From the NCBI GenBank assembly GCA_038212275.1, contig JBBQUR010000024.1, forward strand, positions 1 to 64,000: 64,000 nt of DNA, in the 5' to 3' direction. Of the stretch, positions 48,210 to 58,761 are shown in pieces (the first letter of the stretch is position 1; every line of letters begins with the position of its first letter). The stretch is from Planctomycetota bacterium (GTDB lineage: Bacteria > Planctomycetota > B15-G4). The notes beneath the pieces were generated by a model that saw nothing but the letters and a program-made list of their open reading frames with translations, was not told the DNA's origin and did not search any database. The position numbers were made by a program, and so were the translations under genes.

Positions 48210-51200
48210 ATGCTGATTCTCCGGCTGTTCCAGTTCCTCGCGCTGTGGGCGCTTGCTGCAACTGTCTGGGCTCACGCCTGGATGGTCAGCGTCGCAGCGA
48301 GTGCCTACGACAGCCGCATCCGCTTTGGTGTGCTGACGTGCCTGGGCGCATGGTTCGCGGGAACTCTGCTCGGCGCGCTGTTGTCGCGAGGGCGCTCCGA
48401 GCGCTGGCCTGCCCTCAGTCTCAATCGCCATGTCCTGGCGCTCCTCGTCACCGCACTGTGCGTCGAGGCACTGTCTCACGTCGCTCCGGACGTGTCGATC
48501 CGCGTGCTGCGCGAGGAGGTGCCTGCTTTCTTCGGCTGGATCTATCCCGCGCTCTGCTTCGTGGCGCCGCTGCTGCTGCGCCGGACGTCCACCAGCCACG
48601 ATCTGCCGGCGCAACTGCTGATCACAACCGTCTTCGTGACTGCGATGTCGGGCGCGATGTTCTTCCTCTCGCCGCCGGCCGCGCTGGGGCTCGCGCTCGT
48701 CACGCTCGGCTGGCAGTTCGATGCCGGGCACTCGCTCCCCGGGCGCAGCAGACTGCTGCTGCTCGCCGCGTTCACGGTGCTGCTCATCTCGCTCGCGAGC
48801 CGCATCGGCTACAGCCGGATCTCCGCGCAACCCTCAGAAAGCTGGCTGCTGGCCGCCGCGGCGCTCGGCGCCGCGATCGCCGTGCGCCCCCGTGGCGAGC
48901 GGGACTGGCGGCAACTGCTCGGAGTGTCCGTGCTTGCCGCAGTGCTCGTGGCGGCGTGCGGCGCGACGCTCACCGTGTGGCTCGGCCGCGCCATCGCGTG
49001 GGAACCCGCCCTGCACAGCCGGCTCGTGCTGTTCCGCCAGCACCCCAATTTCCTCGCGCCCTTCTTCGGTCTGCACGCCGTGCTGGCTCTTGCGCTGTTC
49101 CTGGCACGGCCCCGCCGCTCACTGCCGTGGCTGGGCGCCGCTCTGCTCCTCGGCGTGTCGGCGTGGCTGACGGATTCGCGCACGGGCTTCGCCGCCCTGC
49201 TCGCCGCTGTGGCTGCGCTCGCGCTGCTGCCGCTGCTGACACGCGTGCTGCGCAGCATTCGCCTGCCGGTGCTCGCGGCCACGCTTGCGGGCGTCGTCGT
49301 GTTGCTGGGCGGCGCCTGGCTGGGCATCGGTGGCGACTCCGTGCGCGCCGGACTGGCGGCACGCGTGGGTCGCTTCGAGAAGTCGCTCGACTTCCGCCTC
49401 GATGCGTGGCGAAACAGCCTGGCCATCATCGAGGCGCATCCGCTCATCGGGATCGGCCCGAACACCTTTCTCGCGGTGGAGCGATTCGAGCCGGGCAGCC
49501 GCTTCTTCAACGCGCCGCAGGCTCCCCACCCGCACAACGTCTTCCTGTACGTCGCTCAGGCCGCGGGTCTGCCCGCGCTGCTGCTGTTTCTCGGCTGGAC
49601 CGTGGCGCTCTTCACACGACTCCTGCTGCGCGCCGCGGGCAAGAGTCATCCGGAGGAAGCGCAGGCCTGCGCCGTCGCGGCGTCGGCCGGCGTGCCGCCC
49701 TGGTTGCTGTGGGGACTCGTCGCGGGACTCGCCGGCCTTCTCGCCGCAAACCTGTTCGACCTGGGGCTTGCGCTCGAGACGGTCGTGCCTGCGCCGTTCG
49801 TGATCTTCACCGGACTGGCGGCCTCGACGTGCAGCGCGCGTGCAGGCGCGACGCGGCGCTGGCAACCGCTCCTCGCGGGCGTGCTGCTCTGCGCCGCCTT
49901 CATTCCGCTGGTGCTCTCGCCACTGCGCGCGCGCACGGACGTCGAGCAGGCGCAACTCCAGTCCTACGATGCGGGACAGATCATGAGCGGCGCCGCCGCG
50001 ACGGCGACCGCACGCGCCACGCTGGAGGAGGCGCTCGACCTCGATCCTGCGACGCCCCGGGCGCACGAATTGCTCTCGCGCTGGCTGGAGGACGTGCCGG
50101 GCGGCTTCACGGCCGCGCGCGACGTGCTGCAGAGCTGCATCGCCCTCGCGCCGAAGGCCGGCGAGGGCCACGCGATGCTGGCGCGGCTGTTCATGCGCAA
50201 CGCGCTGTGGCCCGAGGCCGAGGCCCAGTTCGTGCTGGCGATGGCCGACACGCGCGGCAGCCTCACGACGAGCCAGGATCTCGCGGATCGTATCGTGTGC
50301 CTCGCGCGCCAGGGGCGTCGCGACGAGGCGCTCTCGGCACTGACCGACGCCCTGCGCCTCGACGCGGGCGTCATGAACCGCATCGCGTGGACGACGACCA
50401 CCACCGACAATCGCCTGCTCGCGGTCGGCGGCAGCGAGCGGCAGCCGCCGATCGAACTCATCGATGCCGTCGAGCGCGTCTACCAGAACCATCGCGCGGA
50501 CCAGGAGGCGGGCCGGCCCGTCGGCTACGCGTTCTGGATGGACTGCTACCGCTCCTTCCGCACGCTTCACCGCGACGACAGGGCGAGCGACGTGCTCGAC
50601 TACATGGAACAGCGCGTCGACGTCGTCGAGCCGTTCATCTTCTCGGCGGAACGCGGCAATCTCGCCTTCGACGCGGGGCGGCTCGACGTGGCGCTCGCCG
50701 AGTACACGCGCGCCTACGAACTCTCGGGCAATGCCTACTACCGCACGCGCGCCGCGCAAGTGCAGCGCATGCAGGGCGAGAGCGTCGCCGCCGCGGAAAA
50801 CCAGGCGTCCGCGCTCGACGAACTCATCGAGATCCTCGACCAGCCCTACGTCTTCGAGTCGGCGCTCTCGGCGCAGTTCGAGGCCGAGGCCAGGAGCGGC
50901 CGGCCGGTGGAAGCGGCGCGCAAACTGCGCGTCGTGCTCCTGTTCAAGGATGACCCGCTGGAACGCGCACGGCTGTGGGAACGCATCGGGATGCTCGAGC
51001 TGCGCGGCGGCGCCCCGGACGAAGGCGAACAGGCGCTGCGCGCGTCGCTCGAGCTGCTGGCCTCCAAGCCCTGGCCCTGGCGCATGCTGCAGGAGGGCAC
51101 GACGGACTCGATGCCGGCGCGCCTCGCACGGGCCCTCTGCGACAGCTGGCGGGCGCGCGGCCTGAACCAGGCGCAGCGCTTCAAGCAGGCCTGGAGCCTG

Positions 51201-51818
51201 CCTGATTTCTTCTCCTCACGCATGGGACCGTCGCTCTTCCGGCTCGGCTTCTACCAGCAGAATGCGCAGGTGGACCAGCTGATGCGCGAATCCGACCTGC
51301 AGCTGCTCGCCGATCGCGGCAACCTGCTCGCGCACTGGGCGCGGCTCGTCGCGCTGGAGGCGAGCGGGCAGCACCTCAAGCTCGGCGTGGCCATGCGCGC
51401 GCTGGTGGACCAGTACGCGACGGAAGCCTCCGCCGATCTCCAGTGGAATGCGCTCGCGGCGGAAATGTCCCAGAATGCCGGGCGACTGTCGGACCCGCAG
51501 GCCTGGTTCAAGCTCGGCCTGCTGTCGCTGCTCAAGGGCCAGTACCTCACGGCCATCGACTGGTTCGGCAACGCGCGCAGCAACGTGGTGGATGACCCCG
51601 CGGCCGCGGCAACCTACTGCGGCTGGAAGGCGCAGGCGGCGTTCCTCGCCTCGAAGCCGGAGCGGGCGCGCGAGGCGCTGAGCGAAGGCGTGCTGCTCGA
51701 CCCCGACAACGAGATGCTTGCCCTGCGCCTCTCGGTCATTCCCGAGGTGCTGCCGCCGGACACGGCCCCCCCGCCGGAGGCGCCCAGCCCCACCGGCAGG
51801 CAGGACGCATCGCGATGA
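48210..51818 (+). CDS. O-antigen ligase/Wzy_C family membrane protein fused to long TPR region
   Basis: Many TM helices, 'HPNFLA', 'TDSRTG', 'R..AW..SL.II..HPLIGIGPNTF', 'HPHN', then ~600 aa of helical repeats. Confidence 0.88.
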   Translation: MLILRLFQFLALWALAATVWAHAWMVSVAASAYDSRIRFGVLTCLGAWFAGTLLGALLSRGRSERWPALSLNRHVLALLVTALCVEALSHVAPDVSIRVLREEVPAFFGWIYPALCFVAPLLLRRTSTSHDLPAQLLITTVFVTAMSGAMFFLSPPAALGLALVTLGWQFDAGHSLPGRSRLLLLAAFTVLLISLASRIGYSRISAQPSESWLLAAAALGAAIAVRPRGERDWRQLLGVSVLAAVLVAACGATLTVWLGRAIAWEPALHSRLVLFRQHPNFLAPFFGLHAVLALALFLARPRRSLPWLGAALLLGVSAWLTDSRTGFAALLAAVAALALLPLLTRVLRSIRLPVLAATLAGVVVLLGGAWLGIGGDSVRAGLAARVGRFEKSLDFRLDAWRNSLAIIEAHPLIGIGPNTFLAVERFEPGSRFFNAPQAPHPHNVFLYVAQAAGLPALLLFLGWTVALFTRLLLRAAGKSHPEEAQACAVAASAGVPPWLLWGLVAGLAGLLAANLFDLGLALETVVPAPFVIFTGLAASTCSARAGATRRWQPLLAGVLLCAAFIPLVLSPLRARTDVEQAQLQSYDAGQIMSGAAATATARATLEEALDLDPATPRAHELLSRWLEDVPGGFTAARDVLQSCIALAPKAGEGHAMLARLFMRNALWPEAEAQFVLAMADTRGSLTTSQDLADRIVCLARQGRRDEALSALTDALRLDAGVMNRIAWTTTTTDNRLLAVGGSERQPPIELIDAVERVYQNHRADQEAGRPVGYAFWMDCYRSFRTLHRDDRASDVLDYMEQRVDVVEPFIFSAERGNLAFDAGRLDVALAEYTRAYELSGNAYYRTRAAQVQRMQGESVAAAENQASALDELIEILDQPYVFESALSAQFEAEARSGRPVEAARKLRVVLLFKDDPLERARLWERIGMLELRGGAPDEGEQALRASLELLASKPWPWRMLQEGTTDSMPARLARALCDSWRARGLNQAQRFKQAWSLPDFFSSRMGPSLFRLGFYQQNAQVDQLMRESDLQLLADRGNLLAHWARLVALEASGQHLKLGVAMRALVDQYATEASADLQWNALAAEMSQNAGRLSDPQAWFKLGLLSLLKGQYLTAIDWFGNARSNVVDDPAAAATYCGWKAQAAFLASKPERAREALSEGVLLDPDNEMLALRLSVIPEVLPPDTAPPPEAPSPTGRQDASR

Positions 51819-54124
51819 CCACGCGCGAACACCTCTCCGGCCTGGCCGTCTTCCTGCTCGCTCTCGCGCTGCGCCTCGCCTACGTGCACGAGGACACGAC
51901 CGTCATCGGCCTCGACGTGAGTCGCCTTTCCCAGACGGACAACTACGTCTTCGCGCAATGGGCGCGCGTCATCGCGGACGGCGACGTGCTCTGCCGCGAA
52001 CAACCGCACGCCTATCACCTCTGGACGCGCGACGTCGCTCCCGAGAGCAAGTGGCTCGAGTGGTACGGCGGCCAGCAGATCTATCACCAGGCGCCGCTGT
52101 ACCCCTACCTCGTGGCGGGCATCTATACGCTGTTCGACCGGCAGCCTCAGACCACCGGCTACGTGCAGGCCGTGCTCGGCGCGCTGACATGCTGGCTCAC
52201 GTGGCTGCTCACGCGCCGGCTCGTCTCGCCGCTGGCGGGACTCGCGGCGGGCCTGCTGCTCGCGTGCATGGGCAGCTTCTACTTCTACGACGCCTTCATC
52301 CTGCGCGACAGCCTCATGGCGCTGCTCACCGTGCTGCTCGCGGTGACGCTCAGCAGCGCGGTGCAGCGCGGCCGCGGAACGGACTGGCTGGCGGCCGGCG
52401 CGGCCTTCGGCCTGTTCACGCTGGCCAAGGAGACGGGCCAGCCGCTGCTGCTGCTCACGATGCTGCTGCTGGCGTGGTTCTGGAGATCCAGGCCGCGGCA
52501 ACTGCTGCGCGCCGCCGCGCTCCTGCTGCTGGGCTGGGCCCTCGTCACGGCCCCCGCATTCTGGCGCAACCACGAGGTCGGCGCGCCGCTCATGAAGCTC
52601 AGCACGCGCGGTCCCGAGGTCATCGTCGCCGGCAACGCGGCCGGCCAGGACGGCGTCGGCTGGAACCCGCCCACCACGACCATGCGGCGCATCCTCATGG
52701 ACAGCAACTTCCAGCTGGGAAAGACGGTGCTGGCCACCGTGGCGACGCACCATGCCAATCCCTGGGGCTTCATCGAGCTGCTGTGGAACAAGACCGCGGC
52801 CTGCCTCAACGCCTACGAGGTGCCGAACAACGTGGATTTCTACCTGGCCCGCGCACATCTGACGACGCTGAAGCTGGGCTTCGTGGGCATGTGGTTCCTG
52901 GCGCCGATGGCGCTGCTCGGGATGCTGCTCGGCCTGCCGCGGCGGCAACAGCTGGCGGTGCCCTACCTGCTGCTGCTGGCGCTCACTGCGTCGATCGTGG
53001 CGCTGTACATCCTGGGGCGCTTCCGCGTGCAGATCGTTCCGCTGCTCGCGATCTTCGCCGGACTCTCCATCGACTGGTTGTGGCGCAAGTGGCGCGAGCG
53101 CCGGCTCGCGGCGCTCGCCCTGGCGGCCGTGCCGCTTGCAGTCTTCGTCGCGTGGTGCGCCCCGTCGACCACCGAGCCCTTCGACAACCGCAGCCGGGAC
53201 GGCGCGATCATGATGCAGCTCGTGAAGGCCGGCAATTTCGAGCGCGCGCTCTTCTTCCGCGACCGCCTGCTCACGGCGGTCCGCAACGACCCTTCGATCA
53301 CGGCCGACGTGTCGCTGGAGCGCCGGCTCGGCGCGCTCACCGACGCGTTCAGGCACTTCGAGGAGTCCCTGCGCTGGCCGGAGGAGTCGGCCCAGCGGCA
53401 CCTGCACGTCGGCATGGGATACACGGCGCTGCTCAAGGTGGCGGAGCGCTTCGAGCGCGTCGAGTTCGGCAACCTGGCGATGGCCGAGTTCGAGCAGGCG
53501 CTCGCGCTCGAGCCGGAGCTGGAAGGCTGCTGGTACGGCATCGGGCTGGTGCACGGCGAGAACGATCGCGTGGGTCCGGCGCTCTCGGCGTTCTCGCAGG
53601 AACTGCAACTGCACCCTGCCAACGCCCTGGCGCATCGTGATGCCGGCATGATCTTCATGACCTGGAAGCGCGGGCTCGACGCCCTGCAGCATTTCCGCCT
53701 GGCTGAGGCACTCGAGCTGGAGGACGGCCCGATGTTTGCCGCGATGGCGCATCTGGAAGTGGACACGTCCTACAAGGACACGCCACCGATGCGCGTGCTG
53801 GGCACGATGCAGATCGTGTGGGACAACCCGCGCGCGCTGCGGCACGCGCGCGAGGCACTGCGCCTCGACGGCGACAATCCGCTGGTCCTCGAGCACTGCG
53901 CCTACGCGCTGTACGCCAACCAGTACTTCGACGAAGCCGTCGCACTGCTCGGCAGGCTCGCACAGGCTCAGCCCTGGAGGGCCGTCGACCTGAACAACAC
54001 GATGAAGAACTTCCTCAAGGTGAAGTCGCAGTTGGACGGCGAGGCGCCTGCCGCGGCGCCCGGGACCGAGGCACCGGCACCCGGAACCACCGCCGCGCCG
54101 GGCGCGACCGGAGGCCCTCCGTGA
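51815..54124 (+). CDS. GT-C fold (GT39/PMT_2, ArnT-like) glycosyltransferase with C-terminal TPRs
   Basis: 'ALALRLAY', 'QAPLYPY', 'WRN', 'RFRV', 11-12 TM helices, TPR tail; ATGA overlap with the upstream gene. Confidence 0.85.
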   Translation: MTTREHLSGLAVFLLALALRLAYVHEDTTVIGLDVSRLSQTDNYVFAQWARVIADGDVLCREQPHAYHLWTRDVAPESKWLEWYGGQQIYHQAPLYPYLVAGIYTLFDRQPQTTGYVQAVLGALTCWLTWLLTRRLVSPLAGLAAGLLLACMGSFYFYDAFILRDSLMALLTVLLAVTLSSAVQRGRGTDWLAAGAAFGLFTLAKETGQPLLLLTMLLLAWFWRSRPRQLLRAAALLLLGWALVTAPAFWRNHEVGAPLMKLSTRGPEVIVAGNAAGQDGVGWNPPTTTMRRILMDSNFQLGKTVLATVATHHANPWGFIELLWNKTAACLNAYEVPNNVDFYLARAHLTTLKLGFVGMWFLAPMALLGMLLGLPRRQQLAVPYLLLLALTASIVALYILGRFRVQIVPLLAIFAGLSIDWLWRKWRERRLAALALAAVPLAVFVAWCAPSTTEPFDNRSRDGAIMMQLVKAGNFERALFFRDRLLTAVRNDPSITADVSLERRLGALTDAFRHFEESLRWPEESAQRHLHVGMGYTALLKVAERFERVEFGNLAMAEFEQALALEPELEGCWYGIGLVHGENDRVGPALSAFSQELQLHPANALAHRDAGMIFMTWKRGLDALQHFRLAEALELEDGPMFAAMAHLEVDTSYKDTPPMRVLGTMQIVWDNPRALRHAREALRLDGDNPLVLEHCAYALYANQYFDEAVALLGRLAQAQPWRAVDLNNTMKNFLKVKSQLDGEAPAAAPGTEAPAPGTTAAPGATGGPP

Positions 54125-55593
54125 TGCGACTCCATTCGGCCGGGAAGCTCGCGCGCTGCCTGCTCGCGCTCGCTGTCGCCGCGGGCACGGCATGCGGGCC
54201 ACCGCCCGACACGCGCCCGGACCTCGTGCTTGTCGTCGTGGACACGCTGCGCGCGGATCATCTCTCGACCTATGGCTACGCGCGGCCGACGAGCCCGGGC
54301 CTCGATGCACTGGCGGCCAACGGCGTCGTCTTCGAGGACAACACCTCGCAGTCGAGCTGGACGCTGCCCTCGGTGGCCTCGATCTTCACGGGGCGCCACC
54401 TCTTCGTGAACGCGCAGCGCCTGCCCGACCGCTGCCTGAGTCTTGCGGAGCGACTGCAGGCGGCGGGCTACGAGACCGCTGCTTTCCTCGGCAATCCGGC
54501 CGTCTCGTCCAACGGCGCCTACGACCGCGGCTTCGACGCCTTCATCGGCCGCGAGACCACCGGCAACGTGACCTGGGGCGCCGCGGACCTGGCCGTGGTA
54601 GTGGAGACCTGGACTCGCGCGCATCCGCGCACGGGCAAGCCGCGCTTCCTCTACCTGCACTTCATGGACCCGCATTTCCCGTACGAGCCGAAGGACCCGC
54701 CGGAGGTGGCGGGCCAGGTCGTGCTGCGAGACGACACGCTCAGCGCGTGGGTCACCGCGGTGAAGGCCGCGGGCAAGGGCACGCCGCTCTACGACAGTTT
54801 CGACGCGGACCGCAAGCACATCCTCAAGCAGATCGACGGCTACGACCACGAGATCGCGACGATGGACCGCAGTCTCGCCGCGATTCTCGCGGCGCTGGGC
54901 CCGGCGGACGATGACCCCGACACCGACGCACGCGGGCGCCTCGTCATCGTCGCGGCGGACCACGGCGAGACGCTGTGGGATCACCAGCACTTCACCAAGG
55001 TCGTGGAGGACAAGGTGCCGGCCCCGGAGCGAACGCTGCGCGAGGTCTTCTTCCGCGATCACAGTTATCACCTCTACCAGGAGCTGCTGCACACGCCGCT
55101 CATCGTGGCCGGCACCGGCTTCGCGCCGGGCCAGCGCATTGCGACGCCGGTCGAGAACGTGGACATCGTGCCCACGCTGCTGCGCGCCGCCGGCGTGCCG
55201 CCGGACCCGTCGCTCGAGGGCCGCCCGCTGCAGGACGTCGTGGCCGGCATCGGCCGCCCGCGACCCGTGCTCTACAGCTTCTGCAACGAGGGCACCGCGG
55301 TGCGGCTTGCCGACAGCGGCTGGAAGTTCATCTTCCCCACGGCGACGGGCGACAGCTTCGGGATGATCATGCAGCTCTACGACCTGACGAAGGACGGCCA
55401 TGAGCGCAACAGCCGCACCGGCGACCCCGCTGCGAAGGAGACCCTGAAGAAGCTGATCAAGCTGCGCGAGGACGCCGCCGCGGCCTTCCACCTCTACGAC
55501 AACGAGGACACGCACTCCGACGCTCCGGAGCAGAATGCCCTGCTCAAGGAGCTCGGTTACATCGGCGAGGACGAGAAGCCCGGCGCACGCTGA
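54124..55593 (+). CDS. Sulfatase-like hydrolase/transferase lipoprotein
   Basis: 'VVDTLRADH', 'WTLPSVASIFTG' (Thr at the nucleophile position), 'HFMDPHFPY', 'ADHGE', 'LKELGY'. Confidence 0.9.
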   Translation: MRLHSAGKLARCLLALAVAAGTACGPPPDTRPDLVLVVVDTLRADHLSTYGYARPTSPGLDALAANGVVFEDNTSQSSWTLPSVASIFTGRHLFVNAQRLPDRCLSLAERLQAAGYETAAFLGNPAVSSNGAYDRGFDAFIGRETTGNVTWGAADLAVVVETWTRAHPRTGKPRFLYLHFMDPHFPYEPKDPPEVAGQVVLRDDTLSAWVTAVKAAGKGTPLYDSFDADRKHILKQIDGYDHEIATMDRSLAAILAALGPADDDPDTDARGRLVIVAADHGETLWDHQHFTKVVEDKVPAPERTLREVFFRDHSYHLYQELLHTPLIVAGTGFAPGQRIATPVENVDIVPTLLRAAGVPPDPSLEGRPLQDVVAGIGRPRPVLYSFCNEGTAVRLADSGWKFIFPTATGDSFGMIMQLYDLTKDGHERNSRTGDPAAKETLKKLIKLREDAAAAFHLYDNEDTHSDAPEQNALLKELGYIGEDEKPGAR

Positions 55594-55596
55594 CGG

Positions 55597-55674
55597 CGCG
55601 GGCTCAGCGCGGGTCAGCGCGGGTCAGCGCGGCGCCAGCGCGGGTCAGCGCGGGCTCAGCGCGGCGCCAGCGCG
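55597..55674. repeat. Degenerate 10-11-bp tandem repeat (CAGCGCGG core) x6-7
   Basis: GGCTCAGCGC GGGTCAGCGC GGGTCAGCGC GGCGCCAGCGC GGGTCAGCGC GGGCTCAGCGC GGCGCCAGCGC between convergent stops. Confidence 0.8.
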
Positions 55675-57188
55675 TCGGCATCGAAGCGGAGCACGATGTC
55701 GAAGCTCTCGGGGATCGTCTGCTTCACGCGGGTCAGGTGCAGATTGCGCTCGTCGATCACGGTGCAACGCGCGGCGAGATCGCTCGCGCTGAACGGGCGC
55801 TTCAGCGCCGACATCAGGCCCCAGCCGAAGTAGTAGGGCGGCTCGGCGAGTTGCGGCACGCCCTCCAGGCGGATGCGGCTGCCCGACGGCAGCTCGCGCG
55901 TGGCGTCCTCGATGCGCGCGCGCACGGCCTCCACCACGCCGCTCGCGACATCGAAGCGCCGGGCCGTCGTCCACGTCGGCGGAAGGAAGAGCGCGCCGGC
56001 GAGCAGGCAGCCGGAGACGGCCAGCACGAGCCGGGCACGCCGCGACACTCCTTGCGTGAGCTGCGCCAGCACCAGCATGGCGAAGAGCACCAGGCCGATC
56101 AGGCTCGGTGCGTGGTGCCGGTGCGAGAAGTAGGTGCCGTACAGCAGCGCGGAGCAGACGAGGTACCAGACGGGTCCGAAGAAGAGCAGATCGCGCCGCG
56201 CGGCGGGATCGGGCCGACGCCAGCACGTCAGCAGGCCGGCGACCAGCGCGACGGCGCACGCCAGGCCGAGCAGCGGAGCGAGGGGCGGCCATGCAGCGCC
56301 CGCCAGCAGGTCCGGTTCAACGAGCGAGCGCAGAAAGCGTTCGTGGAAAGCGAGGAAGGCCGCGCCCGAGCCGTACAGCGTGGGCGCACCCTCGCCGCCG
56401 ACGACGTTGCCGAAGGCGATCCAGCGCAGCAGCACGTAGAGCGCAAGCAGCAGACCCACCGGCAGGAAGAGCCGCCACGTCGATGGCCGGGGCGTGCGCT
56501 GCGCGGCGCCCGACGCGGACCGCTCCCCGCGATGCACGAGCTCCCAGCCGAGCGCAAGCGGCACGGCGATGATCGCGGACTCCTTGCTGAGCAGCCCCAG
56601 CGCGAGGCACAGCAGGAAGCCGAGCGAGGACGCCCCGCGCCTGCGGATGGCGATCAGGCCCAGCAGCGCGCCCAGCACGCCCGCCGTCGCCAGCAACTCC
56701 TCGCGCGCCGTGATGAAGGGAACGATCTGCGCGAAGACGGGATGCACGGCGACGAGAACCGTCCCCAGCACGGCCAGCTCGCGCCGGACGGGGAGCAGCT
56801 CGCGCAACAGCTTGAAGACCAGCCACAGCACCAGCGCGAAGAGCAGCGTGGACGTGACGCGGTAGCCTGGTGCCGAGGTGCCCCACAGCGTGAAGTCCAG
56901 CTTGAGCAGCCAGATCTTGAGCGGCCGCAGGTAGCCCTCGCCGAGCGCGGGATCGAGCCCCCACGCGCTCCACACATCGCCGCTCTCGTTGAAGCAGATC
57001 AGCCTCGCGAAGTACGACAGCGGCTTGCCGTAGAACGAGCCGATCAGGTCGAAGTCGTCGCCCAGGAAACCGTCATCGAGGTTGACCGCGTAGACGGCGA
57101 AGGCCAGGGCGAGACAGAAAAGCACGACGCCGGCGCCCTCGCGCCGGGTTGCTCGCTTGCCTGCAGACCGCCCACCATCCGTCATCAC
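55656..57188 (-). CDS. GT-C fold membrane glycosyltransferase, TMTC-like N-terminus, no TPR
   Basis: 'FLGDDF...YLRPL', 'VHP', 'R.ELL', 'LLSKESA', 'Y..LRW', multiple TM helices. Confidence 0.75.
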   Translation of the reverse strand: MMTDGGRSAGKRATRREGAGVVLFCLALAFAVYAVNLDDGFLGDDFDLIGSFYGKPLSYFARLICFNESGDVWSAWGLDPALGEGYLRPLKIWLLKLDFTLWGTSAPGYRVTSTLLFALVLWLVFKLLRELLPVRRELAVLGTVLVAVHPVFAQIVPFITAREELLATAGVLGALLGLIAIRRRGASSLGFLLCLALGLLSKESAIIAVPLALGWELVHRGERSASGAAQRTPRPSTWRLFLPVGLLLALYVLLRWIAFGNVVGGEGAPTLYGSGAAFLAFHERFLRSLVEPDLLAGAAWPPLAPLLGLACAVALVAGLLTCWRRPDPAARRDLLFFGPVWYLVCSALLYGTYFSHRHHAPSLIGLVLFAMLVLAQLTQGVSRRARLVLAVSGCLLAGALFLPPTWTTARRFDVASGVVEAVRARIEDATRELPSGSRIRLEGVPQLAEPPYYFGWGLMSALKRPFSASDLAARCTVIDERNLHLTRVKQTIPESFDIVLRFDADALAPR

Positions 57189-57363
57189 GGGGCGGATCGT
57201 AGCGTGCGGGGTGCGCGCTGCGCAGGGCTGGCAGTTGACGCGCTCGGCGAGGCGGACGCCTGCGGCTGGCCTGCGGCGTCAGCGGGTCACGCGGTAGCCG
57301 ACAGCAGCGAAGAGGCACCTCGGCCGACCCGGTGCAGACTTGCGAGCCTCGCATCGCACGTGC

Positions 57364-58761
57364 TCATTCCAACCACGTCAACCATGCATCACGCAGATCG
57401 GAGAGAGGCAGAGTCTCCAGCGGCTGAGTCAGGACAGGGCCGCTACCGCAGATGAGGCGCGCGGCTCGGTCGACAGCTTGAGAGATGCTCGGCGAGTAGG
57501 TTCCAGGGTCATTGACGTCCAGTTCCTGCAGGCAGGGGACCAGCCATTGCCTGGCGGACCCGTCGAGTGCCTGCAGCGCCAGCAAAGCCTGAGACCACCG
57601 CCATCCAGCTCGCTGGGCGACACACTCCTGGATGAAGGGGATCACGCGTGCATCACTCGGGTCCAGGACGTCGAGGTCGGTCCGGCAGTCGGGAGCGATC
57701 CGAGCCTTCAGCTTCCGGTCGGGAAACTTCGGGAGGCTGCACGCCACGAACTTCCACGTCGTCGCGACATCCGGATCTCCGATGACGAAGGCTGTCCCCG
57801 CTCCGTGGTAGTCGCCATCCGTCCCGTCGCGGAGCGGAATGCCGAACACGGTCACGGCCGGTTTCGACACACCCGACAGTCGCTCACCCAGGGCGGACCG
57901 TTCCACGGCGAGACCCATGGAGTCACGGCCGCGCGCTTCCAGCGTGCGCACGACGCTTGCCGCCGCATCCGGCTCGCCGGCGACCGTCAGCAGGATCGCG
58001 TAACGAGCCATCAGCAGGTCGCTTGCGACGCGCGTCCTGCCGAACAAGTCCGCGAGCTTGTCGTATTCGCAATAGAAGTACGCGACGTGAAGCCATCGCA
58101 GGGCTCCCCGCGCGTCGCCGGCGCGATCCAGATGCTCGGCTCGAGCCCGAGCAAGATAAAAGAGGTCTTCAGAGAGGTCGGCCGGGCAACAGCCATCCCA
58201 CGAGCGCTCCACGTCGCCAAACAGCAGCAAGTGAGCCTCGTCGTGGCGCCCGGAGACATCGAGCAACAACGCGCGCACGGCGATCCATGCCGGTGCGATC
58301 CACGGCTCGCCGATGTCCGAGGTCCCTGGCGCCGGCGCCGGATATTCCGCGACGAGCCTGTCGCAGATCCTTGCCGCCGACGCCGAGAACTCCGACCACC
58401 CGGAGCACTCCTGCGCGTCGATCATGAAGCGCGTGCGAAAGAGAGCGAGTCGTGACGAGATCGCTGGTGTCGGATCGCCATCGAGCGCTACGGAGAAGGG
58501 GCTGGCGCCCTTGGGCGGCCCCAGGTGCGGCCAATCGGGCCGAGTCGCCCACGTCTGCAGCAGGGAGCTCAGCTCGGCAATCTCGCGGTTTCCTCCCACT
58601 GCATCGACTGCCGCCGACGGAACGATCCACTCGGCGCCCGACGACCCAACGGCTGCCACTTGAGCGGCGCTCGTCCCGGACATGCAGGCACCAAGGACGC
58701 CATGCAGCGCAACGCTGAGCACCCGTTGACTCAGCGCTCGGCGCAAGCGGTTTTCGATCAT
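57364..58761 (-). CDS. Hypothetical exported protein of atypical composition
   Basis: Long ORF with signal-like N-terminus and more A/T third positions than neighbours; no recognised family; start estimated. Confidence 0.6.
   Translation of the reverse strand: MIENRLRRALSQRVLSVALHGVLGACMSGTSAAQVAAVGSSGAEWIVPSAAVDAVGGNREIAELSSLLQTWATRPDWPHLGPPKGASPFSVALDGDPTPAISSRLALFRTRFMIDAQECSGWSEFSASAARICDRLVAEYPAPAPGTSDIGEPWIAPAWIAVRALLLDVSGRHDEAHLLLFGDVERSWDGCCPADLSEDLFYLARARAEHLDRAGDARGALRWLHVAYFYCEYDKLADLFGRTRVASDLLMARYAILLTVAGEPDAAASVVRTLEARGRDSMGLAVERSALGERLSGVSKPAVTVFGIPLRDGTDGDYHGAGTAFVIGDPDVATTWKFVACSLPKFPDRKLKARIAPDCRTDLDVLDPSDARVIPFIQECVAQRAGWRWSQALLALQALDGSARQWLVPCLQELDVNDPGTYSPSISQAVDRAARLICGSGPVLTQPLETLPLSDLRDAWLTWLE

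Noticed and set aside
48043..48216. Small ORF starting at ATG 48043 (MPRIFRML...)
   Set aside because: No clear RBS, it runs through the terminator, and it has no recognisable motif; the RNA interpretation is better supported.
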